Under the pieces are notes generated by a model that saw nothing but the letters and a program-made list of their open reading frames with translations, had not been told where the DNA came from and ran no database searches. This document shows positions 25,909 to 40,380 of a DNA stretch of 64,000 bases, one piece after another. The position numbers and the translations under genes were made by a program. The stretch's first letter is position 1. Each line of letters opens with the position of its first letter. The DNA is from Octopus sinensis. Its lineage: Eukaryota. The stretch spans positions 146,754,001 through 146,818,000 of the forward strand of contig NC_043000.1 in assembly GCF_006345805.1 (NCBI RefSeq), in the 5' to 3' direction.

Positions 25909-27609
25909 GGCTGTTGTTGTTGTTGTTGTTATTCAACACACAGCCAAATCTGTTGTAAGTATTCAGTCCAGTTCCGGTTTAAAATTATTTCCTTCCCTTC
26001 TTTCCAATAGGGCCTGAAAATTTCCCCCAACTGCTGTTCTTCCTCTTCATATTAGACTATTGATAAAATGCCAGTCCCTTGCCTAACAAGGGAGATGTTT
26101 TCATTATGTGGAACATAATGATTAAGATACCTCCTGATGCGTGAAAAACCTGTTATACACCAACAACTGTTAGTGTCGAAACGATTACGTGATCGCTTGA
26201 TGCACAAATGCGATCAGACAATACAGTGAATGAATAAAAGAAAGTCTTTTATCTGCATTTCTACTCTGATTCATTTCATCTGACATAAAATAAAACAGAG
26301 AGAATATGATCTTAAATCGGAAGGTAAACACGAAAATAAAATCACAATCGACAACTTATAACGGGCGATTCTGGATGAATTTGTTCTTGTTCTTATAAAC
26401 CAACGGCTCATTGAAGCCTGAGGTTATTCTGATATCTAATATATGTCTTTATACTCATATGCATCCTAATGGGTTCGATTCATTTATATACGGAGAACCT
26501 TAGATTGCGTTTTAAGCATACCTGTTACGGATTTAGTCAATGCATTCATATTCTTCTGGCTGGTAACAATCTAATGGATTTATTTACTTTGATAAGGAAG
26601 GACATGGCGTGACTACATTTCCATGGCTTTACAAGAATTTATGTCGAGGTAAGTGGGGGATGATATGGGGAGGGTGTGAGAGAGAGAGAGAGAAAACGAA
26701 CGAAAGTAAGAAACGGTGAAGCAAGATCCGTGTTGTAGACGCTGCTGCTTTGGCTTGTGTGGACCTTGGTGCTGATGATTATCATCGTGAACGCTATCAT
26801 AATCATCATCATCATTATCGTCGTCGTCGTCGTCGTGGTCATCTTCATCTTAAAGATGTTAGCTTTTCTCTTCATATAATCTGCTCTACAGTTAGACCAG
26901 CTTGATACGAATTAAGAACAACGGATCACAGAACGAAAGGGACCACAACTGATTAAATTTCGGACGTAAATTTACTGATCTGAATTAATGAACTACTGTG
27001 CATTCACAACACAAACACTATCCACGTTTCTTATCATATACGCATGCAATCACACACTAATACAAACACACGCATACACACGCATATATACGCATGCACA
27101 CACTCATACACACGCATACATACGCACGCATCCACATACAAACACAACTTCCCCAAAAATAAACATATGAATACATATATATATAATGAACCCAAGATGT
27201 GTATGATATGTATATATATATGTTTGTGTGCATATATATTTATATGTATGCATGCATGTATTTATATATGCATATTTATATTTATACAAAAACACACATA
27301 CATATATGACAAACAAGAAGATGAAGATATCATTATAGCATTGGTCAAATACTGATTATAATTCTATCAATTCCATTACGATTCCATTACATATAATTAT
27401 GTGAGTACATAATGTACTCACATAATCGTAAAAATACTGCAAAATGTAAAAAATACTGCAAAAGTAGTAGATAATTTAAAGAAATACGCTTCTAACAGCG
27501 AGGAAGCGCTTTTGCTAGCAGTAACAACATATATTTTATCTGAAGGAAAAGAAAATGATCCTCCGAACAAAAAAGGATACTGACGAAAATGTTCACATGG
27601 AAACTTTTT

Positions 27610-28075
27610 CAAAGTACAGGTAGGTATCCAGATCAGAAATTACTTCAATGACTAAAGAATGGAGTGTTAAAGAAACAAACAAAAAGACTTGCTTGTAGCC
27701 GAGAAGGGTGAAACGGTCAAGATAAAATCCATCAAGAAGTAAATAGACAGGGGAAGACATATTAGTTGAATGTAGAATCTGAGGTGAAAGAGATGTGATG
27801 GTTTTCTATATACTCTTGAATATAAAACGCCTGCTCAGAGAATATGTAAGGACTAAAGGAGAGAGCAAGGAGAAACACAATCAGGATAGACTATTTCCCA
27901 AATATAATGAGAATATTAAAATCCAAATACTTTGGTATAAATAATATCACTACCATAAACTCGAGAACGGTCTCCACCGTGAAATGCATTAGATGGATAA
28001 AGAAACCTTTTAAAATTGTTAATAGAAAAGCAAGAAACTATTGACAAAGGACGTAAATACGGACGTCAAGTTAAT
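27610..28075 (+). mobile_element. Highly decayed RLE-type LINE 3' fragment
   Basis: Remnant CRI.GE zinc-knuckle and I..RK..T.ID..D-like segments resembling the other RLE ends. Confidence 0.4.
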
Positions 28076-28116
28076 AATATCTACTGTAAAAATTGTACAA
28101 TGGGAATTATCTGTTA

Positions 28117-28334
28117 CTAGCAGTATCGCCCGGCGTTGCTCGGGTTTGTAAGGGAAATAACTATATAAGCATTTTTAGAGAGTTATAGCAAAAAAATAGC
28201 AAAAAAATGCATTAAAAATGGAAAAAAATTATGGTAAATTTTTTTTAAATCGTTGACTCATCGTAGACATTTTTAGAGAGTTACTTCCCTTTATTTAAAA
28301 AAAATGTGCATTAAAATGGAAAAAAATGATGGTA
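28117..28334 (-). mobile_element. Non-autonomous Helitron, 3' part
   Basis: Identical 3' end to 40981: hairpin CCCGAGCAACGCCGGG followed by CTAG|T on the minus strand. Confidence 0.8.
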
Positions 28335-29039
28335 GCATAAGTAAATAAACAATAAACATTATGGGAAAGAAACAATAATAAACCCTCGTACATGTCACAC
28401 AATTGTTAGTTCGACATATTTAAGTTTAATTTTCCTTGACATGTCTAGTAATTTTCTATTGTATGTACATATGCTCCCCTTGCTTAGGAGTACTGTAAAG
28501 AAAATTCATGGTTAACTATTGTGTATTTAATAGCGATTCAAGATAGTTCACTCGATTCACATCGTGTGTGACTTTAATAACATGAGGAATATTTCATAAT
28601 CTTATTTCTCCCACGCTGCACATTTGCAACACCTTGTCTAAATAACAAATCATTATTAATGAGTAGAAGGCATGAGAAAAAACACTGTAATTTTGGCAAT
28701 GCAAATTTTAATTTCAGAATGTTAAATTGATAATAAAGTTTGGAGCAACATGCATATTCCTCAGCGTGAAATAAATTATTCTGAAAGTATATTGATGAGC
28801 ATTCTTGTAGTATAAATATTCTTTTTCTATTAGATTTTTTTCTCTTTTCCCCTATCATAACGATGTATCATTGTTTTGCCGATAATGAAACTACCTTATC
28901 GCTGAGCATGTATGCCAATGAAATAACTAAGAACATAAATAAAGTTTACATCGTTGTAACTCAGAGAACCTTCAAGAGTTGTTTGTCTATCTGCTTCCTA
29001 TGTAAATATATATGCATAAATATGTGTGAGAGTGCATAC

Positions 29040-29870
<831 letters not shown>

Positions 29871-30050
29871 TGTTTACAAATAACACGGGAAAAATAAATA
29901 GTTACCAGGGTTGCAAAATTTCACACAAGTACCAAGGATGTAACAGCCTACTTATAAAGGTAGAAACTCCAGGTTTAGATGAAGTGTTTTTGTATAAAAT
30001 AGATGAATAAATAAATGGAGTTAAACGCAGGTGTTATTCAAATCATTTTA

Positions 30051-30132
30051 CTTCCGACATTTGTTGCGAAGAAAACATTGGTTTATTCCAGAATAAAATG
30101 GTGTAAACAATGCAATCTTCTCATCAGGGAAA
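30051..30132 (-). ncRNA. Type I hammerhead ribozyme with extended stem II (one core substitution)
   Basis: Minus strand reads TTCC-CTGATGA-GAAGA..CATTG..CAATG..TCTTC-GCAA-C-AAAT-GTC-GGAA. Confidence 0.75.
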
Positions 30133-30489
30133 GAAAGAAACCAAACATATCAATTAGTCATTTCACAGAATGTGATAACTGCGTATATGATGAAGGGAAC
30201 GTTAGCAAGTTTTTTTAAACCGTTAGTAGATATAACGTGAAAGGTAGTTTATAGAAAGAGCAGGAGAAAGAAAGAAATTGGCAGAAAACTAATAGTGGAG
30301 AGGTATAGAGCGATAGGTGAATAGGAATAAAGCTTAAAAGGCATGGAAGTGGATATATTTAGCGGAAGTGAAATGTAAAAAGACAGTCCAAAGGTCGAAT
30401 TTTATAGAATGGTATGGTAGAAATCACTTATAGGAAATAAAGGTATGTTTCTGCCAATGTTTACAACGATAAACGCGTTCTGTAAACGT

Positions 30490-31500
30490 GCTTACAAGAT
30501 GATTCTCAGATAATAGGATGAGATACATTTCACTGTTACAAAGTGGACAAAAAGATATACCTTTATCATACGGATCAGATATAAAATGAAAATTCCATTC
30601 CAAATCAAATTGTTATTATGATCGTGTTGATACCAAATTGATTTACTAAGCCCAATATTGTTACGTTTATTGATATGTCTAAATGTAGAGTAATGATTAG
30701 ATATTGTTTTGGACAACTGAGATGAAGAACTAACTTATAAAAAAAGAGGTAAGAACCGGAAATAATTCTACATTGATAAATAGAATTTCTTGTCTTAGAA
30801 TTACTGCTAAGAAAACAAATGCGATTGGAGCCAACATCAGAAACACTAACACCGCTGCTATTATTATTTAAAGGATGGTTAGTGTTAAAAAAATCAGTGT
30901 TAATATTTTCATTAAATGGATTTGTATTTAACAACTTATTATGCGAAGAGATGATTTGTGACAGATTTTTGCGTTAGAAAAGCCTATCCTGGTTCAGTGT
31001 GAATTAATAATCGAATAGCAGCTTGAATTTCTTGGGAAATTCTTTCCCATAGCTTCACGAAACTGGTAATGGAGGTTGGATTTGATATGCTTATCATAAG
31101 GAATTATTAACCAAACAGTTTTGCTAGGACATACTGGGTTATTACGGTATTATCTTTAAAAATCCTCGATGTACCTTTATAACGAAAGAAGGGTCTTAAA
31201 TAACGGTTATCTCCCTTACGCCGCAGAATTACATTACTCGATTTGGTGTTGTTATTCGAAATAAAATCAACACTGTTAATATCGTTGTGACTTGATTTCA
31301 TGTCCTGATTAATAGAAGTAGAATTAATGTCAATAGGGTTAATATAGGTATTTCTTTCTTTATAGCCTGTTTCAAGTAAGGCAGAGCTATAAAATTCAGC
31401 CTTATCGTTGAAGATATCAACATTAGCAGATATTCTAGAAAGTCTAAGTGAAATATTCCCTACTAAATTCTCACAATTCCGCCAGGAACAGCGGTATATC
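30490..31500 (-). mobile_element. Penelope-like element ORF remnant (RT thumb, linker, GIY-YIG)
   Basis: NLVGNISLRLSRISANVDIF..KAEFY.SAL.ETGY, NSIYQCRII and GLSKSIW segments. The HHR lies downstream on the same strand. Confidence 0.75.
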
Positions 31501-31699
31501 TTTAATCTACGAACAACTATCCCCTTCGGACTAAACACAACCCCCTCGTCCTATTGACTACCTCTACACCTCCTGCAACAGAGCAAACTTATTTTACTTT
31601 TCATTTTTGATTGTAATTGCGCCATTTTATATTGCATTAACTTCTTTATCTCCTTTCAACTCTATTTTATATTATTTATATTTTTATTCCTGTATTTAC

Positions 31700-32910
31700 T
31701 CACACATACACACACACATACGTACACATCCACACACACATAAAGACACACGCACCCATGCACACACATGAACGCACATATACCTCCTACACACTCCAGA
31801 CACATACAACACATATACATGCACATATACACACATGCTTCCACACACATACACACGCACACACATGCACACACATGCACACACATGCACACACACGCAT
31901 ACATACACACACACATACACCCACGTGCACACACGCATATGTGCGTACACTCACACACGTGCACAAACGCACACACACACATACACACATACTTATATAA
32001 CACACATAACCCGACATCCATCTCCACGTTCACACAAACATATACACACTCAAATACACACACGCACACACATATTTATATATACACATGTACATACACA
32101 AACACACACTAGCACATGTACGCACATATAACTCCAACACACACAATACGCATACAAACACACACAATACACATACAGACACACACACACAATTACATAC
32201 ATATGGGTACAAACACACACGCACATACACGTACACACGCACGTAAGCATATGCACGCACAAACACACATGTGAGCACATATACGCCTACACAAACCCTA
32301 CACACAACCCCCCACACAACCCACGCACACACGCATACAAAAATTCACATGCACGCACATACATCTAGATACACACACAATGTATACATACACGCACACA
32401 CACATATACATATGCATACACATATAAACACATACACACACACGCACACACACATGCGCATACATACGCACGCACACACGCACATGAATGCACACATACC
32501 TAACACACACAACCCCACGCATACACGTATATACACACGCATACCCACACACGCACACACATACACACGCACACATACACACACACACATACGCGCGCAA
32601 AAAACGCACCTATACCCCATACAGAACCCCTCGTTCACACACACATGCACAACCATACACACGCACGCGCACAGACATGCACACACACAAAATACACAGG
32701 CACATACACACACATGTACACACGCACGTACACTCACACTCACACCCATACACTTATATACACACGCACACACATACACACACACGCACACGCAAATGAA
32801 CCTACACATACCTCCCATACACACACAGAATACACTCATACATATACGCACACAATTATACATACATGTAAACACACACACGCTGCATGTACATACACGC
32901 ACACACATAC
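31700..32910. repeat. Long degenerate CA-rich simple repeat
   Basis: Read directly. Source of the His/Thr and Cys/Val ORFs. Confidence 0.9.
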
Positions 32911-33194
32911 TTCAAACTACCAGTAACTTTCTACTGACTTTTCTCCTACGCACATGAGTAGGTAGACACACAACAGGCAGCCACTCCTACCAAAATTCTT
33001 ACTATAAATTCTTCCTATGACCTTAAACGATACTAAGCCCAACCACACACATACATAAACCGCCACAACCACACACACACACAAACGTGCTATCATTACA
33101 TACACACACAGACCTGCCGCATGCACATACCCACACATACCTCCTTCTCTTGCGCTCTTCTTTTTCTTCACCCATTCCCTTCCGGTCATTTCAA

Positions 33195-33397
33195 TATGTG
33201 ACCGCGTGTGTATCGATGGCGATTTTCTTTCTCCATCTTCCCTTCTTTGGACTTTTTCTATATTTCTAACGAAGAGCTCCGCTCGAAACGTGATATATTC
33301 TTTCTTTTCTTTCCTTTCCTGAGCGTCCAATAACATTGTACTTATTCCACGTCCTCACGATTTTTTTTCTTTTTTGTTCATGGTTTGGATTGACTAT
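33195..33397 (+). mobile_element. Family D module with degenerate minimal hammerhead (33262-33295)
   Basis: CTAACGA-AGAGCTCCGCTC-GAAACGTG, followed by the shared tail CCTGAGCGTCCAATAA...CCACGTCCTC. Confidence 0.7.
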
Positions 33398-33405
33398 ATA
33401 TATAT

Positions 33406-33553
33406 GAAAGAAGCCCGTCGTATATATATAACAAGGATTTGGTTGCCCTGAGGCTATAGCAGAAGACACTTTCCCAATGCCATGCAGTGGGACTAAACCC
33501 GGAACAATGTTGTTGGGAAGCTAGCTTCTTACCACACAGCCACACCTATGCCT
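33406..33553 (-). mobile_element. Rearranged SINE family C fragment
   Basis: GAAAGAAGCCCGTCG in plus orientation, then a minus-strand head CTTACCACACAGCCACACCT. Confidence 0.7.
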
Positions 33554-33618
33554 ATACATGTATGTGCGTATGAGTGTTTGTACGTATGTGTGCGTGTGTA
33601 TACATCTGTATATATATA

Positions 33619-33854
33619 AAGGCGGCGAGCTGGCAGAATCGTTAGCACGCCGGGCGAAATGCATAGCCGTATTTCGTCTTCCATTACGTTCTGAGTTCAA
33701 ATTCCGCCAAGGTCGACTTTGCCTTTCATCCTTTCGGGGTCGATAATTAAAATACCAGTTACGCACTGGGGTCGATGTATTCGACTTGATCCCTTTGTCT
33801 GTCTGTTTTTGTTTGTCTCCTCTATGTTTGGCCCCTTGTGGGCAATAAAGAAAT
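33619..33854 (+). mobile_element. SINE family B
   Basis: AAGGCGGCGAGCTGGCAGAATCGTTAGC...AAAGAAATA, inserted in (TA)n. Confidence 0.9.
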
Positions 33855-36004
33855 ATATATATATATATACAGGAATTATAAAACCCATACACATAACGGA
33901 TACACATTTTCATTATTCGTATACATGTAAAGACAAATTACATTTGCATGTGTACATGCCAGTGCTAATTTATGCATATCCTTTCACAGATCAACATTAA
34001 TTTCCTTCTTTGTTCAAATTTGTATATTCAATACAATGATGTCTTACACCCAAAACCCAATTTTCCCTGTAAGCTTCAGAATACAGATTATGGCTTTTAG
34101 AGTATTTGATTTTAGTTATTAGAAGCTTTTCAATATTTTTATAGCATTTAAAAGTATTCTGTATATATGGTTTTTTTGCTTTGTTTTCTTGTGGTATCCT
34201 TTTGTATTAGTTTTGTTTTTCTTTCTTTTATTCTTTTTTTTTTTCCTTTTGTTTTTAGGTGAGGCAACATGATTGTATACGGTCTAGTGAATTGTTATAG
34301 CTAGCACGTATTCTATACTTTGAAGTTTCTTTCTATATCTGAATCTTTTTATTTTGGAGGTCTTTGATAAGTTAAAGTACGTTCCATAAGATTGTCGTTC
34401 CTATGTTTTAATCAGTAATAAGAGAACCTCACTGCCTATGTTTATAGATCATTATGTTTTTGATTGTAGCTTTTGTTGCTTCTTCTCCTTTTTTCATTTC
34501 TTCTTAATGTTCATATTTTTGATACCCATCATAGTTGTAAATTTAGCAGTTTTTGTTGCAGTCCGTATTGGTGATTTTTATTTAATTTTCGTTGGTTAGT
34601 AGTTAATGCCGTATTTGTTGTTCTCCACTGGTTTGATATACTTGGTTATATTTATTGCTAATTCAGTAGTCGTGTTTTTTTTTATAACATATTTAAAATT
34701 ATTCTTTCTCTTGTTGTTATTTTGTTGAAGATATCATTGTTATTGTTTGTTTTTGGTTTTTTTTTCTTCTTTAAATTCTTCTATATTTTCCATACGCTTT
34801 ATAAGATCTATACTATGGATACAACGTAATTGTCTTTCAAACTTTTAAGCAATGTTCCCACCTTTCATTTGTATTCTGCTTTATTTATTATATTGTACCT
34901 AATTCGTTTCATTTTTTCTTCCATCATAATTCCGGTCTAATCGCTTGGCTACATAACTTCCTTTGATGGAGTTTTATTCCTTTTACCGTTGTTCTCCGAT
35001 TCTCTTTGATTTCACTATTTTCTTTTAAACGCTTAAAAACAACTATCTCAGAAAACAATAGTTACAACAACAATAACAATATCATTATCAATAACAACAA
35101 TAGGAGCCACATCAACAACAATAACAGCAGCAACAACAAAAAATATCTTGGTATTAATGGCGAATATTCTGCTCACTGCATTTCTATTACAAAATTTAAC
35201 TAAAGGAAGCTGAATGATATTTGTGTTTTATTGCTACATAGGGAGTATTCTTTTTATGTTGTAGTATTGTAAAACATTTTGGTGAGGGTGATAGAGTGCC
35301 AGGTTGTCAAGAGACAGAAAATGTAATTAATATCTTTACTAAGTTTAGCCGAACTGAATATATTCTCTTTTCGTATCCGTGATTTTGAATAAAGAATTCT
35401 TAAACAACTTCTTTGAATAATGAATATTTGATTTCATGACTATGTTTAATTTCCTTATATCAATTATAAATTTATTGGGTTATTCAAGTTAATTTATTCG
35501 GCAGTATCTATAAACAAATTCTTGACCTCAGTATTTGCTTTCTAATTAGTTTAACGTTTGAAATAGAAAAAGCAAATTTACAAACTTGTGTGAGTCTGGG
35601 TTTAAAATTCACTAAACTAACACACAAATGAAATATCAAATCATTTGTCTGTTGTTAATTTGGGATGTAATTTGTGTTTCTTCATTTATCGACTTCAGTG
35701 ATTAAAATTGAAATTGAATTTTGGGGAACATTTGAATTTAGAACAGTGAGACTGGAATCTTTATACTGTATATAAACAATACTGCATCACTATAAGTGGC
35801 GTCGAATATAATCTGACGTCATATAACAAGGTTGTAATGTAGAATTGGTGCACAAAAGCATAGATTTTACAGATTATCAACAGAGTGGGTTCTAATGAGT
35901 ATAAAGATTACGGTCTCCAAATTTTATTAAATAAACGGTTCTAATTGAGCAACGAATATCCCTTCTCAAATCAAGCAGTTAGCAGAAAATTTAGGCAATT
36001 TATA

Positions 36005-36237
36005 TATTTCTTTACTACTCACAAGGGGCTAAACACAGATGAGATAAACGAGGATAGACAAACGGATTAAGTCGATTACATCGACCCCAGTGCGTAACTG
36101 GTACTTAATTTATCGACCCCGAAAGGATGAAAGGCAAAGTCGACCTCGACGGAATTTGAACCCAGAACGTAAAGGCAGACGAAATACGGCTACGCATTTC
36201 GCCCGGCGTGCTAATGTTTCTGCCAGCTCGCCGCCTT
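36005..36237 (-). mobile_element. SINE family B
   Basis: Full length, with TSD AATTTAGGCAATTTATAT on both sides. Confidence 0.92.
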
Positions 36238-36402
36238 CAATTTAGGCAATTTATATAAAATATAAATGTACTCGGCGGAAATGTGTGTAAGCATTTCCTC
36301 TGTGGACAAGAAATTGGTAAGGTAGCGACAAGATTTCGAGTTCGATTTTAATACACGGCTCTTCGGGTTAGTGTTTTCTATTATACGCTGGGGTTGGCCA
36401 TT

Positions 36403-36735
36403 AACTTAGGATAGGATTTAATATATACAGAATGATAGACTAAATTTTCACCATAAGGAAAACGGCAGTCAGCGAAAACTCTCAAGAACTGAGTAACAGA
36501 AACACACGTATGATTTTTAAAATCATAAGAAACGTAAAAAAAAGATTAAAATATTTCTGATACTATACTTTAATTTAGGATAAGATTTAATATATACAGG
36601 ATTATAGGCTAAATTTTCACCATAAAAAAAGGCAGTCAGCGAAAACTAGCAAGAGCTGAGTAACAGAAACACACATATAATTTTTAAAATCCTATTAAAC
36701 GTAAAAGGAGATTAAAATATTTCTGATACTATACA
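36403..36735. repeat. Tandem duplication, 2 x about 167 bp
   Basis: TTAGGATA.GATTTAATATATACAG...GGCAGTCAGCGAAAACT...ATATTTCTGATACTATAC occurs twice. Confidence 0.9.
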
Positions 36736-36971
36736 TTCGCTCTTGATAGAACCAAACATGAATTTATTTAAGGAATAATTAATAAGTATAACATTAAGAT
36801 AAAAACACAATGAGTTATAGAGTAATATTTCAGAAGAGGTGAAGTGTTGTCAGTGACATTAGATTTGAAACCTGATCAGAAGCAATACAATTTCTTCATT
36901 TCTGCTAATATGGATGTGTGTTATGCATATGTGCCATCCTCCGTATTTTTGTATGTATGTATATATGTATG

Positions 36972-37005
<34 letters not shown>

Positions 37006-37654
37006 TGTATGTATGTATGTATGTATGTATGTATGTATGTATGTATGTATGTATGTATGAGTGTGTATGTATGTATGTCATTATTCAGTTTATTTCAAGA
37101 TTTCTTGCCAATAGAGAAAGAAGAGGTTTCTAACCTAGATCCAAGGCTTTCATTGGAATTTCAACATCAACAACAGGGTATTTTTGTTTGTATGTATGTA
37201 TGTATGTATGTATGTATGCATGCATGCATGTATGCATGTATGTATGTATGTATGTATGTATGTATGTATGTATGTATGTACGTATGTACGTATGTATGTA
37301 TGTATGTATGTATGTACGTATGTATGTGTATGTATGCATGTATACATGCATGTATATATGTATATAATGTGTGTGTGTGTACGCGCCACAAGATTTTGAG
37401 TACTTCATTAATTTCCTGGAATAATAGTCTTTTCTACTGCAGGCACAAAGCCTCAAATTTTAGGGAAGGTGGTCAGTCGATTAGATCGACACCAGTATGC
37501 AACTGGTACTTAATTTATCGATCCTCAGAGGATGAAAAGCAAACCTCGGTGGAATAATTTCATGGAAAAATAATCATTTATCTCTGTATTCAAATATATA
37601 GAAATGCTTTCTTTTACCGAGTTCTCGATTTATGACTACAATTTGTGTGTGTGT

Positions 37655-37698
<44 letters not shown>

Positions 37699-38335
37699 TG
37701 TGTATGTGTGTGTGTGTGTGTTTGTGTTTGTGTCTGTGTGCGTGTATTAATGTTTGTTTTTATATTCAGTTGTAATAACAAGAATTTTACATTAATCTGA
37801 TGGGTCACTGTATACTTTTCTAGAGTACAAATTTATTTTTCTGAAACAAGAATACTGCTAACACTGACTTTGAAGTTTCGGCCTGGTAAGCCATCATTGG
37901 ATTGCGACGCATAAGTTTTGGAACAGCATCTATATAGTTTCTGTTGAGTTGAAATCAACTTTGGGCGTGTGGATTGGAGTGGGGTGGTAATTAGGTTTTT
38001 ATAGTTGGTTGTTATGGAAAGGTGTTTTAGAAATTTTTCCATTGATGAAAATTTGTGGATATTATTGTTTGTGTTTTATTAATGCATGTAGAATTTTGTT
38101 AACAAACCTATAAGTGTTTCTCTTTTGTTATGGCAGGCACAATGTGTTGCTTTGGTCTCCATTTGTGTGTGTGTTTGTCTGCGTCTATGTATATATATAT
38201 TTAAACATATGTACACAGATATATATACTATATATATATATAATAAATATTATTTGAGACAACAACCACTATTTTGCCAAACCAACAAGGAAAGACTTAA
38301 TCAATACATAAATTTAATAAATAGTCAAAAAAACC

Positions 38336-38379
38336 TCCACTACAATCGTTTCTTGTCTTGATCGACAATCTCAGGTGGA
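38336..38379 (-). ncRNA. Type I hammerhead motif (1-nt deletion in the core)
   Basis: TCCAC-CTGA-GA-TTGTC-GATCAA-GACAA-GAAA-C-GATT-GTA-GTGGA. Confidence 0.7.
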
Positions 38380-39798
38380 CTTCCAATCTAAAAAATCAAA
38401 ATTTTAAAATATAAAAATAATACTTTGTTATTTCCATGGTAACGTAATTTGTGTTGGTTTTTAACGGCTAAGAATCTAATTCACTTCATAATTTGTAACT
38501 GAATTGTAGTATGTATTTGATTTTCCTTATGTCATAATGTTATTTTTGATATTCTGGTTAATTACGATGTATTTATTGTTGTTTTCATAAGAGTGTTTAT
38601 GTATATGAGATTGGTTGTGAGTTTTTAATTGTATAATTAATTTATTTATCTGTATGAGTGTGGGTGTAAATTTGTTGTATTATCGAGTTTTAGTGAGTAT
38701 GTATATGCGTATATGTGAGGGAGCATATGTATCTGTTGTGTGTGTGTGTTTTGCGTGTGTGTGTGTTTGTGTGTGAATGTGTATTTGGGTTTGTTATTTA
38801 GGATTTGGGATGTATGTGTTAATTTGTCTGTGTGGGGAGGGATGGTTTTGGTGTATATTGAGGTTTATAAGTTAGTATAGGTTTGTGTATAAGTCTTGGG
38901 TCTGTGTTTTACGTGTGGGTTTTTTGTGTGTGAATGTTTAGGTTAGGGGATTGCTTATAAGTTTGTTTATAGGTTTAGCAAAGGGAGATTTTATCGTTAT
39001 ATGCTTTTATGAGTTTTGGTTTATCATGTTTTTAGGTAATTCGTGGTATTTTGTCTATTTTAGGTGTTGGTATGTTTTTACATTGTTTCATTCATAATTT
39101 TTTGAGTGTGTTCGTTTGCCACGTGAATACCCGGGTGGTGGACTAGCGTGGCTTGGAATGTGAATGGAATAGTGTAGTAGTGAGGTAGGCTAGAGAATGG
39201 GATTGGGTTACTGCAAGTTGTTTGTTAGAGATGCTAAGGTGAGTTAAAGCTCATAAATGTATATAATTTTTTTGTGGGTGTGTAAGTATTGTTGTATATG
39301 TCGAGTTTAGTGAGTATGTATAGGCGTATATGTGAGGGAGTATATGTTATCTTTTGTTGTGAGGGTTTTTGCGTGTGAGTGTGTGTTTTTGTGTGTGAAT
39401 GTGTATATGGGTTTGTTATTTAGGTTTTGGGATGTACGTGTTAATTTGTCTGTGTGGGAGGGAGTGGGTTTGGTGTATATTGAGGTTTATAAGTTAGTAT
39501 AGGTATGTGTATAAGTCGTGAGTCTGTGGTTTACGTGTGTGTATTGTGTGTGAATGTTTAGGTTAGGGGGTTTACTTTATAGGTTGTTATAGAGTTTATG
39601 CAAAGGGAGATTTTATCGTTATATGTTTTTAAGAGTTTTGTTTTATCATGGTTTTTTAGGGAATGTGTAATTAAGTCTATATTTTCGATATGGATTATAA
39701 TATATGTTATATATGGATTATATACTTATATTTTTCATTATACTTTAATTATTTAAGTATTATTTTTATATTTTAAATTTTGATTTTTAGATTGGAAG

Positions 39799-39843
39799 TC
39801 CACCTGAAGATTGTCGATTCAAGACAAGCAACGTTGTATGGCG
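39799..39843 (+). ncRNA. Type I hammerhead motif (GAAA changed to GCAA)
   Basis: TCCAC-CTGAAGA-TTGTC-GATTCAA-GACAA-GCAA-C-GTT-GTA-TGG. Confidence 0.65.
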
Positions 39844-40099
39844 GTTTTTTTTGACTATTATTAAATTTTATGTTTGATTAAGTCTTTTCCTGTTTGTTTT
39901 TGCAAATAGTGGTTTTGTCTCAAATAATATTTATATATTTTAACTATAAAATGGATTTAATCCTAAATCTGATGTTTTTTTTTTTCCTGTAAATTTGATT
40001 ATTCCCTAATATTTATATTATATTAATATATATAATATATATATATTATATATATATTATATATATATATATTATATATATATATATATATATTATATC

Positions 40100-40380
40100 A
40101 CCTTGATCACCTGGCCGCTGGTCACAGTACGCTGTCCACTCCTCTCTGGACTGCGTCTTTCGCCTCCATGTGATCCCAATCGCCCTCCTGAAATCGTAAC
40201 TCTACCGTCGTGGAGGCCTTCTGAGTGGGCGTTTCCGCTCGCGAGGCTACCACTCGACAACTGCGCGGGTCCACCGATTGTCGGTGAGCCGAGCGACGTG
40301 TCCAGCCCATCTAAACTTGCTGCGTGTATATTCTACGGTGACATCCCTCACGCCGGACTTACCTCCCTCTGGCGTGAGGG
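40100..40380 (-). mobile_element. RTE-clade LINE 3' fragment
   Basis: SGVRDV...SKFRWAGHVARLTDNRWTRAVVEW, the typical RTE C-terminal motif. Confidence 0.85.

Larger units (their letters stand above)
38243..39934. mobile_element. Element bounded by about 180-bp inverted repeats, each with a hammerhead fold, and an internal direct repeat (PLE inverted pLTR-like)
   Basis: 38243-38425 is the reverse complement of 39755-39934. About 38680-39060 repeats at about 39300-39690. Both flanks are (TA)-rich. Confidence 0.8.

Noticed and set aside
27578-27612. CTGACGA...GAAAC hammerhead-like string
   Set aside because: Stem II is weak and there is no stem I complementarity, so it is probably chance.
38430-39750. 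Mitochondrial insertion suggested by strong G/T skew
   Set aside because: No recognisable mitochondrial gene, tRNA or rRNA. HHR-bearing inverted repeats explain it better.
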